Positions 36,140 to 45,185 of a stretch of DNA of 56,343 nt are shown piece after piece. Under the pieces are notes generated by a model that did not search any database, was not told where the DNA came from, and saw only the letters and a program-made list of their open reading frames with translations. The position numbers and the translations under genes were made by a program. Source of the stretch: Methylovirgula sp. Lineage in GTDB: Bacteria; Pseudomonadota; Alphaproteobacteria; Rhizobiales; Beijerinckiaceae. The stretch spans positions 1 to 56,343 of the forward strand of contig JAYVYB010000144.1 of NCBI GenBank assembly GCA_043784625.1, in the 5' to 3' direction. The first letter of the stretch is position 1. Each line of letters opens with the position of its first letter.

Positions 36140-38533
36140 TCATTCGCCATAGGGCACCCAGATGGTTTTGATTTGCGTGGCGTGGCGCAAGAAATTGATG
36201 CCCTGCCCTTCTACATTCGATTGCCAGTTCAATGCGGCCCCCGGCACAGCCCAAACAGGCTTGAGGTTTCCGGCAGAACTGCGCTCTGCCGCGGCAACGC
36301 CCGCATGCGGACCGGCAAACCACAGCGCCGCCACCTCATCGTGATCAGCCAGCGTTTTGGTCAGCTCATCGCGCTCTCCGGTGACAATATTGACCACACC
36401 GCCCGGCACATCTGACGTGTCCAAAATCTGATAGAAATCCGTCGCCAGCAACGGACACGCTGTGGAGGGCACCACGACAACACGGTTGCCCATGGCGATG
36501 GCTGGCATAACCAAGGACACAAACGCCAACAATGGCGCTTCATCCGGGCAGACAATACCGAGCACGCCAAAGGCTTCATTCAAAGCAACGGTGAGATGGC
36601 GCGCCTTGGTGGCGTGAACCCGACCGTCATATTTATCGGCATAACCGGCATAGAAGAACATGCGCTGAACCGATTTTTCAACTTCCGCAGCAGCTTCGGC
36701 CTCCTTATGCCCCAAAGCCACCAGCCGCGCAGCGAACTCATGAGCCCGCGCGGCGAAGTTTTCCGCCATATAATACAACACCTGCGCCCGGTTATGGCCC
36801 GAAGCACCGCTCCAGGCCGACGCCTTCGCCGCCGCCTCAACCGCGTTGCGGATGTCTTTGCGGCTGCCAAGCCCCGCCAAGCCGACAAGCTGATTGTCTT
36901 TGCCGTGCACAGCGTAGGAATATCCTGAATCTGGCCGCGCCTGTTTGCCGCCCACATAGAGCTTGGCGGTGCGGTCAATATGCGGCTCACCCATCGGAGC
37001 GGCGCGCACAACCGGGGTCGCCACAAGAACATTGGCCTTGGCGGGATGTTCGGCATGGGCCTTTAAATGCGCCGGAACCAGATATTCGAGCAGCCCTTCG
37101 CGCCCGCCCTCGCGGCCAAAGCCGCTTTCCTTGTAGCCGCCGAAGGCCGCTCCGGCATCAAACAGATTGGTCGAGTTAATCCAGATGACACCGGCTTTCA
37201 GCTTCGCCGCTGTTTCCAACGCGCGGTTGATATTTTCCGACCAGATGGTTGCCGCCAAGCCATATCGGGTATGGTTGGCAAGTTGAACCGCCTCGTCCGG
37301 CGTGCGAAAGCTCATCATCACCGCGACCGGGCCGAAGATTTCAACTTCGCAGACCGTGGAGGCTGGTTCGACGTCTATGAAAATCGACGGCGGGAAGAAA
37401 CTCCCCTTTGCGGGCAAAGCGCCCTCGCTCTGCCACAAAGTGCCGCCCTCGGCGATGCCCTTTTGCACCAGCTCGCGGATGCGCTCAAGCTGAACCGGCG
37501 CAACAATCGCGCCCATATCAACAGATTTGTCGAGCGGGTCGCCTACGCGCAAAGTCTTCATCCGGCGGCGCAGTTTGGCCAAAAACGCGTCACGGATGCC
37601 CTCTTGAACCAGCAACCGCGATCCGGCGCAACACACCTGTCCTTGATTGAACCAGATGGCATCGACGACGCCTTCCACAGCCGCATCAAGATCGGCATCC
37701 TCAAACACGATAAACGGTGACTTGCCGCCCAGCTCCAACGACAGCTTTTTTCCAGAACCCGCCGTGGCCTTGCGAATAATCCGGCCAACATCAGTGGAGC
37801 CGGTGAAAGCAATTTTGTTGACATCGGCGTGTTCGACCAGCGCCGCTCCGGCAGCGCCATCACCGCACACAATATTGACCACGCCCGGCGGCAGGCCGAT
37901 TTCGTTGCAAATCTCAGCGAAAGCCAGCGCCGTCAGCGGCGTGAATTCCGCCGGTTTGAGCACGATGGTGTTGCCAGCGGCCAAGGCGGGCGCGATTTTC
38001 CATGCCAGCATCAGCAGCGGGAAATTCCACGGGATGATTTGCCCGCATACGCCCAACGGCGCGTGATCGGGAAATTCGCTGTCGAGCAATTCCGCCCATC
38101 CGGCGTGATGGTAAAAGTGCCGCGCCACCAGTGGAATATCAATGTCGCGGGTTTCACGGATTGGCTTGCCATTGTCGAGGGATTCAAGCACCGACAGAAA
38201 TCGCTCGCGCTTTTGCACCTGCCGCGCCAAGGCATAGAGATATTTGGCGCGCACATGCCCGGGACTTTTCGACCAAGCCGGAAACGCCGCCCGCGCCGCC
38301 TTAACGGCCGCATCAATATCTTTGGCGGTGCCTTCCGGCACTTTGGCGAGCAACACGTCACGCGCCGGATTGATGACGTCGAAGGTCTTGCCGCCGGAGG
38401 AAGGTACAAAGGCTCCGCCAATATAATGGCGAAAACCGTCTTTGTGTTGGTCAATCCAGGCCGTGACATGGGTTTCCGCTTCTGGCGCTGGTCCGTAGTC
38501 CATGGTGTTCAAAATCTCTTTTACGGTGGGCAC
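36140..38533 (-). CDS. aldehyde dehydrogenase family protein with an extra C-terminal partial ALDH module
   Basis: 797 aa. The first ~490 aa are a complete ALDH (ELGGKSP general-base Glu, FNQGQVCCAGSR catalytic Cys). The last ~300 aa repeat only the N-terminal cofactor-binding part (GVLGIVCPDEAPL...MGNRVVVVPS...GGVVNIVTG). Confidence 0.85.
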   Translation of the reverse strand: MPTVKEILNTMDYGPAPEAETHVTAWIDQHKDGFRHYIGGAFVPSSGGKTFDVINPARDVLLAKVPEGTAKDIDAAVKAARAAFPAWSKSPGHVRAKYLYALARQVQKRERFLSVLESLDNGKPIRETRDIDIPLVARHFYHHAGWAELLDSEFPDHAPLGVCGQIIPWNFPLLMLAWKIAPALAAGNTIVLKPAEFTPLTALAFAEICNEIGLPPGVVNIVCGDGAAGAALVEHADVNKIAFTGSTDVGRIIRKATAGSGKKLSLELGGKSPFIVFEDADLDAAVEGVVDAIWFNQGQVCCAGSRLLVQEGIRDAFLAKLRRRMKTLRVGDPLDKSVDMGAIVAPVQLERIRELVQKGIAEGGTLWQSEGALPAKGSFFPPSIFIDVEPASTVCEVEIFGPVAVMMSFRTPDEAVQLANHTRYGLAATIWSENINRALETAAKLKAGVIWINSTNLFDAGAAFGGYKESGFGREGGREGLLEYLVPAHLKAHAEHPAKANVLVATPVVRAAPMGEPHIDRTAKLYVGGKQARPDSGYSYAVHGKDNQLVGLAGLGSRKDIRNAVEAAAKASAWSGASGHNRAQVLYYMAENFAARAHEFAARLVALGHKEAEAAAEVEKSVQRMFFYAGYADKYDGRVHATKARHLTVALNEAFGVLGIVCPDEAPLLAFVSLVMPAIAMGNRVVVVPSTACPLLATDFYQILDTSDVPGGVVNIVTGERDELTKTLADHDEVAALWFAGPHAGVAAAERSSAGNLKPVWAVPGAALNWQSNVEGQGINFLRHATQIKTIWVPYGE

Positions 38534-38544
38534 AGGTGTATTCC

Positions 38545-39627
38545 TCAGGCAAGAGCGTGGTGAGAGGTCGCCGAATAGCGCCCCGTGACGTAATGTTCGA
38601 GCTGCCGCTCAATATCCGAAAGCATGGTGCTGGCACCGATGCGGAACAAATCCGGCTGCATCCAGCGCACACCGAGCTCCTCTTTCATCAATATCAGCCA
38701 GTTCAGCGCATCCTTGGCGGTGCGCAGCCCGCCCGCCGGCTTAAAGCCGATCATTTCGCCGGTGAGATCGCCATAGTCGCGCAACGCCCGCAGCATGATC
38801 AAACTGACCGGCAGCGTGGCATTTACGTCTTCTTTGCCGGTGGAGGTCTTGATGAAATCCGCTCCGGCCATCATCGCCACCATGCTGGCCTTATAGACAT
38901 TGCGCAGGGTTTTCAGGTCGCCTGTTGCCAGAATTGCCTTCATATGAGCTTCGCCGCAGGCTTCGCGCATAGCGCAAATTTCGTCATAAAGCGCGCTCCA
39001 TTCCTGGCACAAAACCTGGGCGCGGTTGATAACAATATCAATTTCCCCTGCACCCATATCCACCGCATAGCTAATTTCCGCCAGCCGTTGCGGCAGAGGG
39101 GTGAGCCCGGTGGGGAAGCCTGTTGCCACCGAGGCCACCGGAATGCCCGAGCCATGCAGCGCCTTCACCGCAGGGCCGACCATGGTTGGATAAACACAAA
39201 CCGCTCCAACTGTGGGCGGATTATCAGAAAGACCAAGCGCGGCGACAATATCGTCCCGCAGGGGCCGCCGCGCTTTGGCCGCCAACCGGTGCACCCGCCC
39301 CGCCGTGTCGTCGCCAGCCAGCGTGGTCAAATCAATGCACTGCATGGCTTTGACCAGCCACGCCGCCTGATATTCTTTTTTGACGGTCCGCCGCGTAGTC
39401 AGTGTGGCAGCGCGCGTCTCCGTTCCGGTAAGATTGATCTGGATGGTTTCAAACCATTCGTGGTAGAGCGGGGTTCCTTTGTTGCGCGGGAAAACGGCGC
39501 CGTGCGGCTTGGCAATGATGCTCAAAGCCGAGGAGGCGGTAACCTCCGGCGTGCTTGTTGCAGTTGCAGGGGTTTCGGGCAGGGTTTTAGACATGCTCTT
39601 GGCCTTGGGTTTGTCCGGTTTAATCAT
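38545..39627 (-). CDS. deoC: deoxyribose-phosphate aldolase, long metazoan-DERA-like form
   Basis: RRTVKKEYQAAWLVKAMQCIDLTTLAGDDT and DFIKTSTGK (Schiff-base Lys), plus GFKPAGGLRT. Start ambiguous: ATG 39627 (8-nt overlap with the sorC-type gene) or ATG 39594. The longest ORF (start 39831) is rejected. Confidence 0.85.
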   Translation of the reverse strand: MIKPDKPKAKSMSKTLPETPATATSTPEVTASSALSIIAKPHGAVFPRNKGTPLYHEWFETIQINLTGTETRAATLTTRRTVKKEYQAAWLVKAMQCIDLTTLAGDDTAGRVHRLAAKARRPLRDDIVAALGLSDNPPTVGAVCVYPTMVGPAVKALHGSGIPVASVATGFPTGLTPLPQRLAEISYAVDMGAGEIDIVINRAQVLCQEWSALYDEICAMREACGEAHMKAILATGDLKTLRNVYKASMVAMMAGADFIKTSTGKEDVNATLPVSLIMLRALRDYGDLTGEMIGFKPAGGLRTAKDALNWLILMKEELGVRWMQPDLFRIGASTMLSDIERQLEHYVTGRYSATSHHALA

Positions 39628-40621
39628 GATGTGCTTCGTCCGATAAAAGAAAGAGGGCTGTCTGCTCATCGGTGACGAGCACGTTAATGTAGCCCGCCCG
39701 CAAACAGGCGAGCGTGATTTTATGTTTGGCTTGGCCCGCCGCCACACCAATTGAAAGCTCCCGCGCCCTGCATTCGTGCAGCGGCAGACCGATGGTACGG
39801 GCATTGAGATTTTCATCAACAATTTTGCCATTGGCGTCGATGAAACGGCTGAGAATATCGCCCACCGCGCCTTTGAGCCGCAATTCCGCAGCTTCCGCCT
39901 CGGTTAGAAATCCGGACTGCACCAAAACCGAATCCGGCCCCACAGCGCCCAGACCAAAGCAAATCACCGATGCGCGCCGCCCCAAGGACAGCACCCGTGC
40001 GATTGTCGGGTCCTGCTCCAAGGCAACGCAGGTTGCCGCATGGCCCAGAATAGCCGGAACCGGCAACAGAGTGGCGGTGCCATCTGCCGATTGGGCGAAG
40101 CGTTCTGCCACATTGTTGGTGCGGTTTGATGACCAGCGAATGTTTGTTGCGCCGTTGAGCAGCACAACTTCACCGCCTTCGTTCCAGAATGGCGACAAGT
40201 GCTTGGCCACGGCGCTCATGGTTCTACCCCAGGAAACGCCCAAAAGCTTGATTTTGCCCAATCCGGCCAACAGCCGGGCTGCCGCCTGCCCCACGCTGTC
40301 CAGCAACAAAGCCGGATCATCATCCCCGGCGGATGAAACAATCACCGCGTCTTTAAGGTTATAGCGGCGCTGCAACCGGCTTTCCAGATCCGGGCGGCGC
40401 GGTGACAACGGCACAATTTCAATGCGCACAAGCCCGGAAGCGCGCGCCTCGGTCAGCAACCGGCTGGCCTGCCAGCGTGTTAATCCAAGCTCTTTGGACA
40501 GCTCGCCCATGGTCATATCAAGCTCGTAATAGCGCTTGGCCACCTGAATCATCAGCAGCTCGCGTTGCTCCGCTGAAAGCTCGCGAAACTGCACCTCGCG
40601 GTCAAACGGTTCAACCGACAT
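39620..40621 (-). CDS. SorC/DeoR(Bacillus)-family sugar-binding transcriptional regulator
   Basis: N-terminal HTH (MTMGELSKELGLTRWQASRLLTEARASGLVRI) plus a SorC-type sugar-phosphate-binding domain. Overlaps both neighbours inside the operon. Confidence 0.8.
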   Translation of the reverse strand: MSVEPFDREVQFRELSAEQRELLMIQVAKRYYELDMTMGELSKELGLTRWQASRLLTEARASGLVRIEIVPLSPRRPDLESRLQRRYNLKDAVIVSSAGDDDPALLLDSVGQAAARLLAGLGKIKLLGVSWGRTMSAVAKHLSPFWNEGGEVVLLNGATNIRWSSNRTNNVAERFAQSADGTATLLPVPAILGHAATCVALEQDPTIARVLSLGRRASVICFGLGAVGPDSVLVQSGFLTEAEAAELRLKGAVGDILSRFIDANGKIVDENLNARTIGLPLHECRARELSIGVAAGQAKHKITLACLRAGYINVLVTDEQTALFLLSDEAHHD

Positions 40622-42137
40622 GGGACTTGCCCTCCAGTTGCCGCGCCGCCAATTTGTGCGAAATGGGCGTGAGCGCCGCGGTCAAATCCTGATAGTCGCG
40701 CAAAAGCTCCAGATATTTCGCGTGGGCTGCCATATTCGGCTCAATGGTTATCACCGGTTGCGCCACGGCTTTGGCCGCCTCAAACAAATCTTTCACCAGT
40801 CCGGCACCTGCCGCTGCACAGGCTACCGTTCCGATGATTGTCAGATTGGCGTTCTTCGGCAGTTGCAGCGGAATGCCGATAGCATCCACGGTGGCGCGCA
40901 GCCACAAACGGTTTTTGACCTGCCCGCCCGCACTCACAATCCGGTTACAAACCACGCCCAATTCTCCCATGCGCTGCAACACATGCGCAGTGGCCAAAGC
41001 TACACCCTCGACAGCGGAACGGTAAAGCGCCGCGCGGCTGTGGCCCAAGGTTAGCCCGACAATGGCACCGCGCAGCAGCGGGTCGCGGTAAGGCGTGCGA
41101 TTGCCCATAAAATAATCGAGCGTGAGCAGGCCCGTCCCGCCCACTTCAAATGTCTCCGCCTCGCTCAAAAGTGCTTCAAAGGCGGCGCTATCCATATCGA
41201 ACATCGCCCCCGAGAACCACGACAGCACCGAACCAGCCGAAACCTGCCCGGCTTCCACCAACCAATGATCGTCGATAAGCGCATGCGGATAAGGCCCCCA
41301 GAAGCCGGAAACTTCTTTCTGTTCGGGCAAATGAAACAGATGAACCACCGATGTGCCGCCGATCATCAGCAGCTCTCCGGGCGACAGGGTACCTGCGCCC
41401 ACCATGCCGATATGCGCATCGATGCCGCCCTGCGCCACCACGGGGCAATTGCTCAAACCCAGATGTTGCATGGCATTAATGCTTAAATGGGCGATAGGCG
41501 CGCCCACGGCATAAATTTGCGACGGCAATTTGGAGCGCAAATCCGGCACACCGAATTCGCTGAACAATCCGTCATGGAATTTCTTCTCGACGGAATCGTA
41601 GTTCCACTTGCAGGTGGCGTTCATGCGGGACCCGACCCACAGGCCGGTGAGCTTGAAATTCACATAATCGAGGCACTCGCAGATTATTTCGGCCTGATTG
41701 TAAACCTCAGGCTCGTGTGCGGCCAGCCACATCGCCTTTGGCACCAGCCATTCGGAGGCATCGCTGCCACCGGGATAGGCCATCACCGTATGTTTCGAAC
41801 GCGCGGTGCGCCCGGCTTCTTCCACGGCGCGGCAATCCATCCACAACAGGGCTGGCCGTAGCGCCCGGCCATCGCGGCGGCAGGCCACCACGGTGGAGGC
41901 GGTGGTCGCAGCACAAAGACCGGCAATTTCCGGCGACCCGACATCCCGCATCAGTCCGCGCGTGGCGTCTCCAAGCGCTGCCCACCAATCTTCCGGAGAT
42001 TGCTCAGCCCAGCCCTGACGCGGATAGTGAGTTGGATATGACGCTTCGCGCTCGCCGATGACGACGCCGCGCTCAAGGTCAAAAACCCCAACGCGAACCC
42101 CGCCGGTGCCAAAATCAAGGCCAAGAAGCAACGCCAT
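40611..42137 (-). CDS. FGGY-family carbohydrate kinase (ribulokinase-like)
   Basis: LGLDFGTGGVRVGVFD, GWAEQSPEDWW, GGTSVVH. 508 aa. Confidence 0.8.
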   Translation of the reverse strand: MALLLGLDFGTGGVRVGVFDLERGVVIGEREASYPTHYPRQGWAEQSPEDWWAALGDATRGLMRDVGSPEIAGLCAATTASTVVACRRDGRALRPALLWMDCRAVEEAGRTARSKHTVMAYPGGSDASEWLVPKAMWLAAHEPEVYNQAEIICECLDYVNFKLTGLWVGSRMNATCKWNYDSVEKKFHDGLFSEFGVPDLRSKLPSQIYAVGAPIAHLSINAMQHLGLSNCPVVAQGGIDAHIGMVGAGTLSPGELLMIGGTSVVHLFHLPEQKEVSGFWGPYPHALIDDHWLVEAGQVSAGSVLSWFSGAMFDMDSAAFEALLSEAETFEVGGTGLLTLDYFMGNRTPYRDPLLRGAIVGLTLGHSRAALYRSAVEGVALATAHVLQRMGELGVVCNRIVSAGGQVKNRLWLRATVDAIGIPLQLPKNANLTIIGTVACAAAGAGLVKDLFEAAKAVAQPVITIEPNMAAHAKYLELLRDYQDLTAALTPISHKLAARQLEGKSHVG

Positions 42138-42157
42138 TATTTTATTCCGATCAGCAT

Positions 42158-43180
42158 CTAAATGTTTGGCCTGAACATCACTTTGGAAAAGAACTCGGTC
42201 TTCAATTTGAATTTTTCAAACATAGCTGGCAATTCATCAAGGCCCAACTCATGCGTGATCATGAATTCCCAACGCAAAGCACCGGATGTCAGTTTTTCGA
42301 GCGCGACCGACCATTGCTTGCCGGGGAAAGGCGCTCCAAAGGAGTTCCAAGCCCCATGAAGCGACACTTCCTGACGCAGAAAATGCGAGAAGGTGGCGTT
42401 TTCAAGCACAATATCCGCCGCCGGAATGCCTATAAAGGTAACATGCCCGCCGGGAGCGGCCATTTGCGCCGCCAGATTAATGGATGATTGATAGCCCGCA
42501 GCCTCAACGATGACATCGCACAGCAGATGGCTTTTTGGCGGCTCGGTCACCAAAAATGTGTGATCTGCGCCCGCCTCACGCGCTTGGGCCAGCTTTTGCT
42601 CGGAGACATCAACAGCGACAACCTCGGAACATCCCATCAGCTTCAGCCATTGGATCGCAAACAAACCAATCGGCCCGCACCCGATGACACCGCCGCGCTG
42701 ACCAATGACGGGCGGCGCTTTCCAGATCGCATGGAGGGCAATGGACGCGGGGTCCGTCATCGCCACCGCGCGCGGATCAACATTCTTTGCGGTTTTCAGC
42801 AAATTTCCAACGGGCGATGCAACAAATTGCGCATATGCGCCATCGCGGCGGCTGCCAAAATAGTTATAGTTGCGGCACCGCGAAAAGTTTGCGGTGGCAC
42901 ATTGATCGCACACGCGGCAAGGAATGAGCGGCGCAACGCCAACAAGTTCGCCGTGTTCAAATCCGGTCACACCCGCGCCGATTTCGACAATGTGACCTGA
43001 GAACTCATGGCCGCAGATGATCGGCATCTTATGGGCGCCTTTGGTCAACATACGCGGAATATCCGAGCCGCAAACGCCAACCGCCGCAATTTCCAGCAAG
43101 ACTTCGCCGGGGCCGGCCACTGGCTTGGGCACGTCTTCCATCCGGATGTCTCCGGGCGAATACATGACTGCAGCTTTCAT
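42158..43180 (-). CDS. zinc-dependent polyol(-phosphate) dehydrogenase, GatD-like (MDR family)
   Basis: VCGSDIPRMLTKGAHKMPIICGHEFSGHI, FGSRRDGAYAQFV and HGAWNSFGAPFPGKQW track E. coli galactitol-1-phosphate 5-dehydrogenase closely, from memory. The start is set at MKAAVMYSPG (ATG 43180). Confidence 0.75.
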   Translation of the reverse strand: MKAAVMYSPGDIRMEDVPKPVAGPGEVLLEIAAVGVCGSDIPRMLTKGAHKMPIICGHEFSGHIVEIGAGVTGFEHGELVGVAPLIPCRVCDQCATANFSRCRNYNYFGSRRDGAYAQFVASPVGNLLKTAKNVDPRAVAMTDPASIALHAIWKAPPVIGQRGGVIGCGPIGLFAIQWLKLMGCSEVVAVDVSEQKLAQAREAGADHTFLVTEPPKSHLLCDVIVEAAGYQSSINLAAQMAAPGGHVTFIGIPAADIVLENATFSHFLRQEVSLHGAWNSFGAPFPGKQWSVALEKLTSGALRWEFMITHELGLDELPAMFEKFKLKTEFFSKVMFRPNI

Positions 43181-43244
43181 TTTCTGTCCTCTCAAAATTT
43201 TGGCCTTGCCCGCATGCGCGGTGCAAACCTTGATGAAATTCAAT

Positions 43245-44387
43245 CTAGCTTTGGGCCGCCAACCGGCTTGTGAAAGCGTCCAGCGCCAAAATGGCGTCGC
43301 GAACAATCACAATGGAGAGCGGAACGGCCACTTTCCGTGTGGGCGAGCCGGGCAACAAAGCGGCAGCAGCCACCCGGCCGATATCGTCATGCGTGGCGGC
43401 CTTCAGATTAAGATCGGCAAGTGTGGTCGGCAGGCCAACACTTCGGCAAAACCGTGCCATGTCTTCAATTTCAGCCAACGGTCGCCCCTCCAGCATCAAC
43501 AGACACAACACGCCGAATGCGACTTTCTCGCCATGAAAAAATCCGTGGGTTTCATCGAGCACGGTCAGGCCGTCATGGATGCCATGCGCGGCCGAGACGC
43601 CGCAATTTTCAAAACCGAGCCCGCTCAGCAGCGTATTGGCTTCGATGATGTTTTCGACGGCTTGGGTCAGCGCGCCTTTTTCGACAGCCAATTTTGCCGC
43701 GAGCGCATCCCGCATCAAAACGTCATGACAGGTTTTGGCGATGGCAATGCCGGCGGCAGGCGGAGCCATGTTCGGCTGGATCAAATTGTTCGAGCTCGAA
43801 TCAAGATTGGAGCGCGCCTCAAACCATGTTGAGAGTGCGTCACCGATGCCGGCCACCAAAAAGCGCACCGGCGCGGCGGCAATCACCGCGCTATCGACAA
43901 TGACAATATCCGGATTTCGCGGGAGAAAAATGGCTTCCTGATACACACCATGAGCATTATAGCGCACCGCGATGGCGCTGCAGGGCGCATCTGTCGAGGC
44001 GATTGTTGGCACAATCACAATCCGCGCACGGGTAGCTACGGCTGCCAACTTCGCCGTATCCGCAGTTTTGCCGCCGCCAATGCCAACAATAACGTCCGCC
44101 TTGAAGGCGCGCGCGAGTGCCGTAATGCGGGCTATTTCCTCGTCACAACATTCACCGCCAAACGCCTCGATTTTTGCGTTGAGGCCGCTGGCCAGCAACA
44201 GCCGGGCGATGTTTTCACCCATTTTGTCAAAAACAAACCGGTCAACCAACACGAAAATGGTGCCGCCAAGCGCTTTGACATGGTCGCCCAGCCGCTCGAT
44301 TTCTCCGGCGCATTGAATGTATTTTCCCGGTCCGCCATATGAGCGGCCCTGAGAGCGGCGTCCGCCTTGAGCAAGTTCTGTCATCAC
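43245..44387 (-). CDS. gldA: glycerol dehydrogenase-like iron-containing alcohol dehydrogenase
   Basis: GPGKYIQ, FGGECC, GIGGGKTADTAK, PTIASTDAPCSA and AGIGDALSTWFEA are collinear with E. coli GldA. Confidence 0.75.
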   Translation of the reverse strand: MMTELAQGGRRSQGRSYGGPGKYIQCAGEIERLGDHVKALGGTIFVLVDRFVFDKMGENIARLLLASGLNAKIEAFGGECCDEEIARITALARAFKADVIVGIGGGKTADTAKLAAVATRARIVIVPTIASTDAPCSAIAVRYNAHGVYQEAIFLPRNPDIVIVDSAVIAAAPVRFLVAGIGDALSTWFEARSNLDSSSNNLIQPNMAPPAAGIAIAKTCHDVLMRDALAAKLAVEKGALTQAVENIIEANTLLSGLGFENCGVSAAHGIHDGLTVLDETHGFFHGEKVAFGVLCLLMLEGRPLAEIEDMARFCRSVGLPTTLADLNLKAATHDDIGRVAAAALLPGSPTRKVAVPLSIVIVRDAILALDAFTSRLAAQS

Positions 44388-44393
44388 AACTCC

Positions 44394-45185
44394 TTAAAAT
44401 CCGCCAACCACATAGCCGCCATCAACCGGCAGACTGACGGCCGTGATGAAGGCAGCAGCGGGTGAAGCTAAAAACAACGCGGTGCCAACCAAATCTTCCA
44501 CAGACCCCCAACGCTTCAGCGCCGAGCGGTTGGCTATTTTCGCGGCGGTGTCCGGCACGGACCACAGATCTTGCGTCATTGCGGTTTTGTGATAGCCCGG
44601 CGCGATGGCGTTAACCCGAACCCCGTCACGGCCAAGCTTATGGGCAAGCGCCCGCGTCAGGCCCAGAATTCCGGTTTTGCTGGCCCCGTAGGCGGGAACA
44701 TTTTCATCGGCCAGATAGCTCAACATCGAAGAAATATTGAGGATCACACCTCTGGATTTTACCAGATGTTCCCGGCCAGCCATGGCCAGACGCATGGCGC
44801 TGTTGAGGTTGATATCCATGACCTCAAGAAACGTGTCCTCGTCATATTCAATATGGGCGCGGGCGGTGCCTCGCGCATTTATGAGCACATCCAGCGCCGG
44901 AAGCGCCTTGATAAACGCCGGAACGGCAACACGGTCGCGCACGTCAAGACAGGCAAATTTGATTTTTGAAAGGCCGGGGTTGTCGCGCAAGGCTGCCAAC
45001 TTGGCCTCGGAGGAGCCTGTGGCGGTAACACTCGCCCCCAGCGCCGAGAATCCCTGAGCCATCGCCAGCCCGATGCCGCTGGACCCGCCCGACACCAGAA
45101 CATGTTTGCCCTCGAACAGGTCGGGGCGAAATGACGATACAACATCTTGCATATTTGGCGCTGACATATCCGGCTCCATTGTCAT
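44394..45185 (-). CDS. SDR-family oxidoreductase
   Basis: VSGGSSGIGLAM cofactor motif and YGASK catalytic Y-x3-K. ATGA overlap with the upstream kinase gene. Confidence 0.85.
   Translation of the reverse strand: MTMEPDMSAPNMQDVVSSFRPDLFEGKHVLVSGGSSGIGLAMAQGFSALGASVTATGSSEAKLAALRDNPGLSKIKFACLDVRDRVAVPAFIKALPALDVLINARGTARAHIEYDEDTFLEVMDINLNSAMRLAMAGREHLVKSRGVILNISSMLSYLADENVPAYGASKTGILGLTRALAHKLGRDGVRVNAIAPGYHKTAMTQDLWSVPDTAAKIANRSALKRWGSVEDLVGTALFLASPAAAFITAVSLPVDGGYVVGGF

Noticed and set aside
38536-39675. 379-aa plus-strand ORF covering deoC on the opposite strand.
   Set aside because: The minus-strand frame carries unmistakable DeoC motifs (IDLTTL, FIKTSTGK). The plus-strand product is low-complexity (R/G/H/Q-rich) and has no start context.
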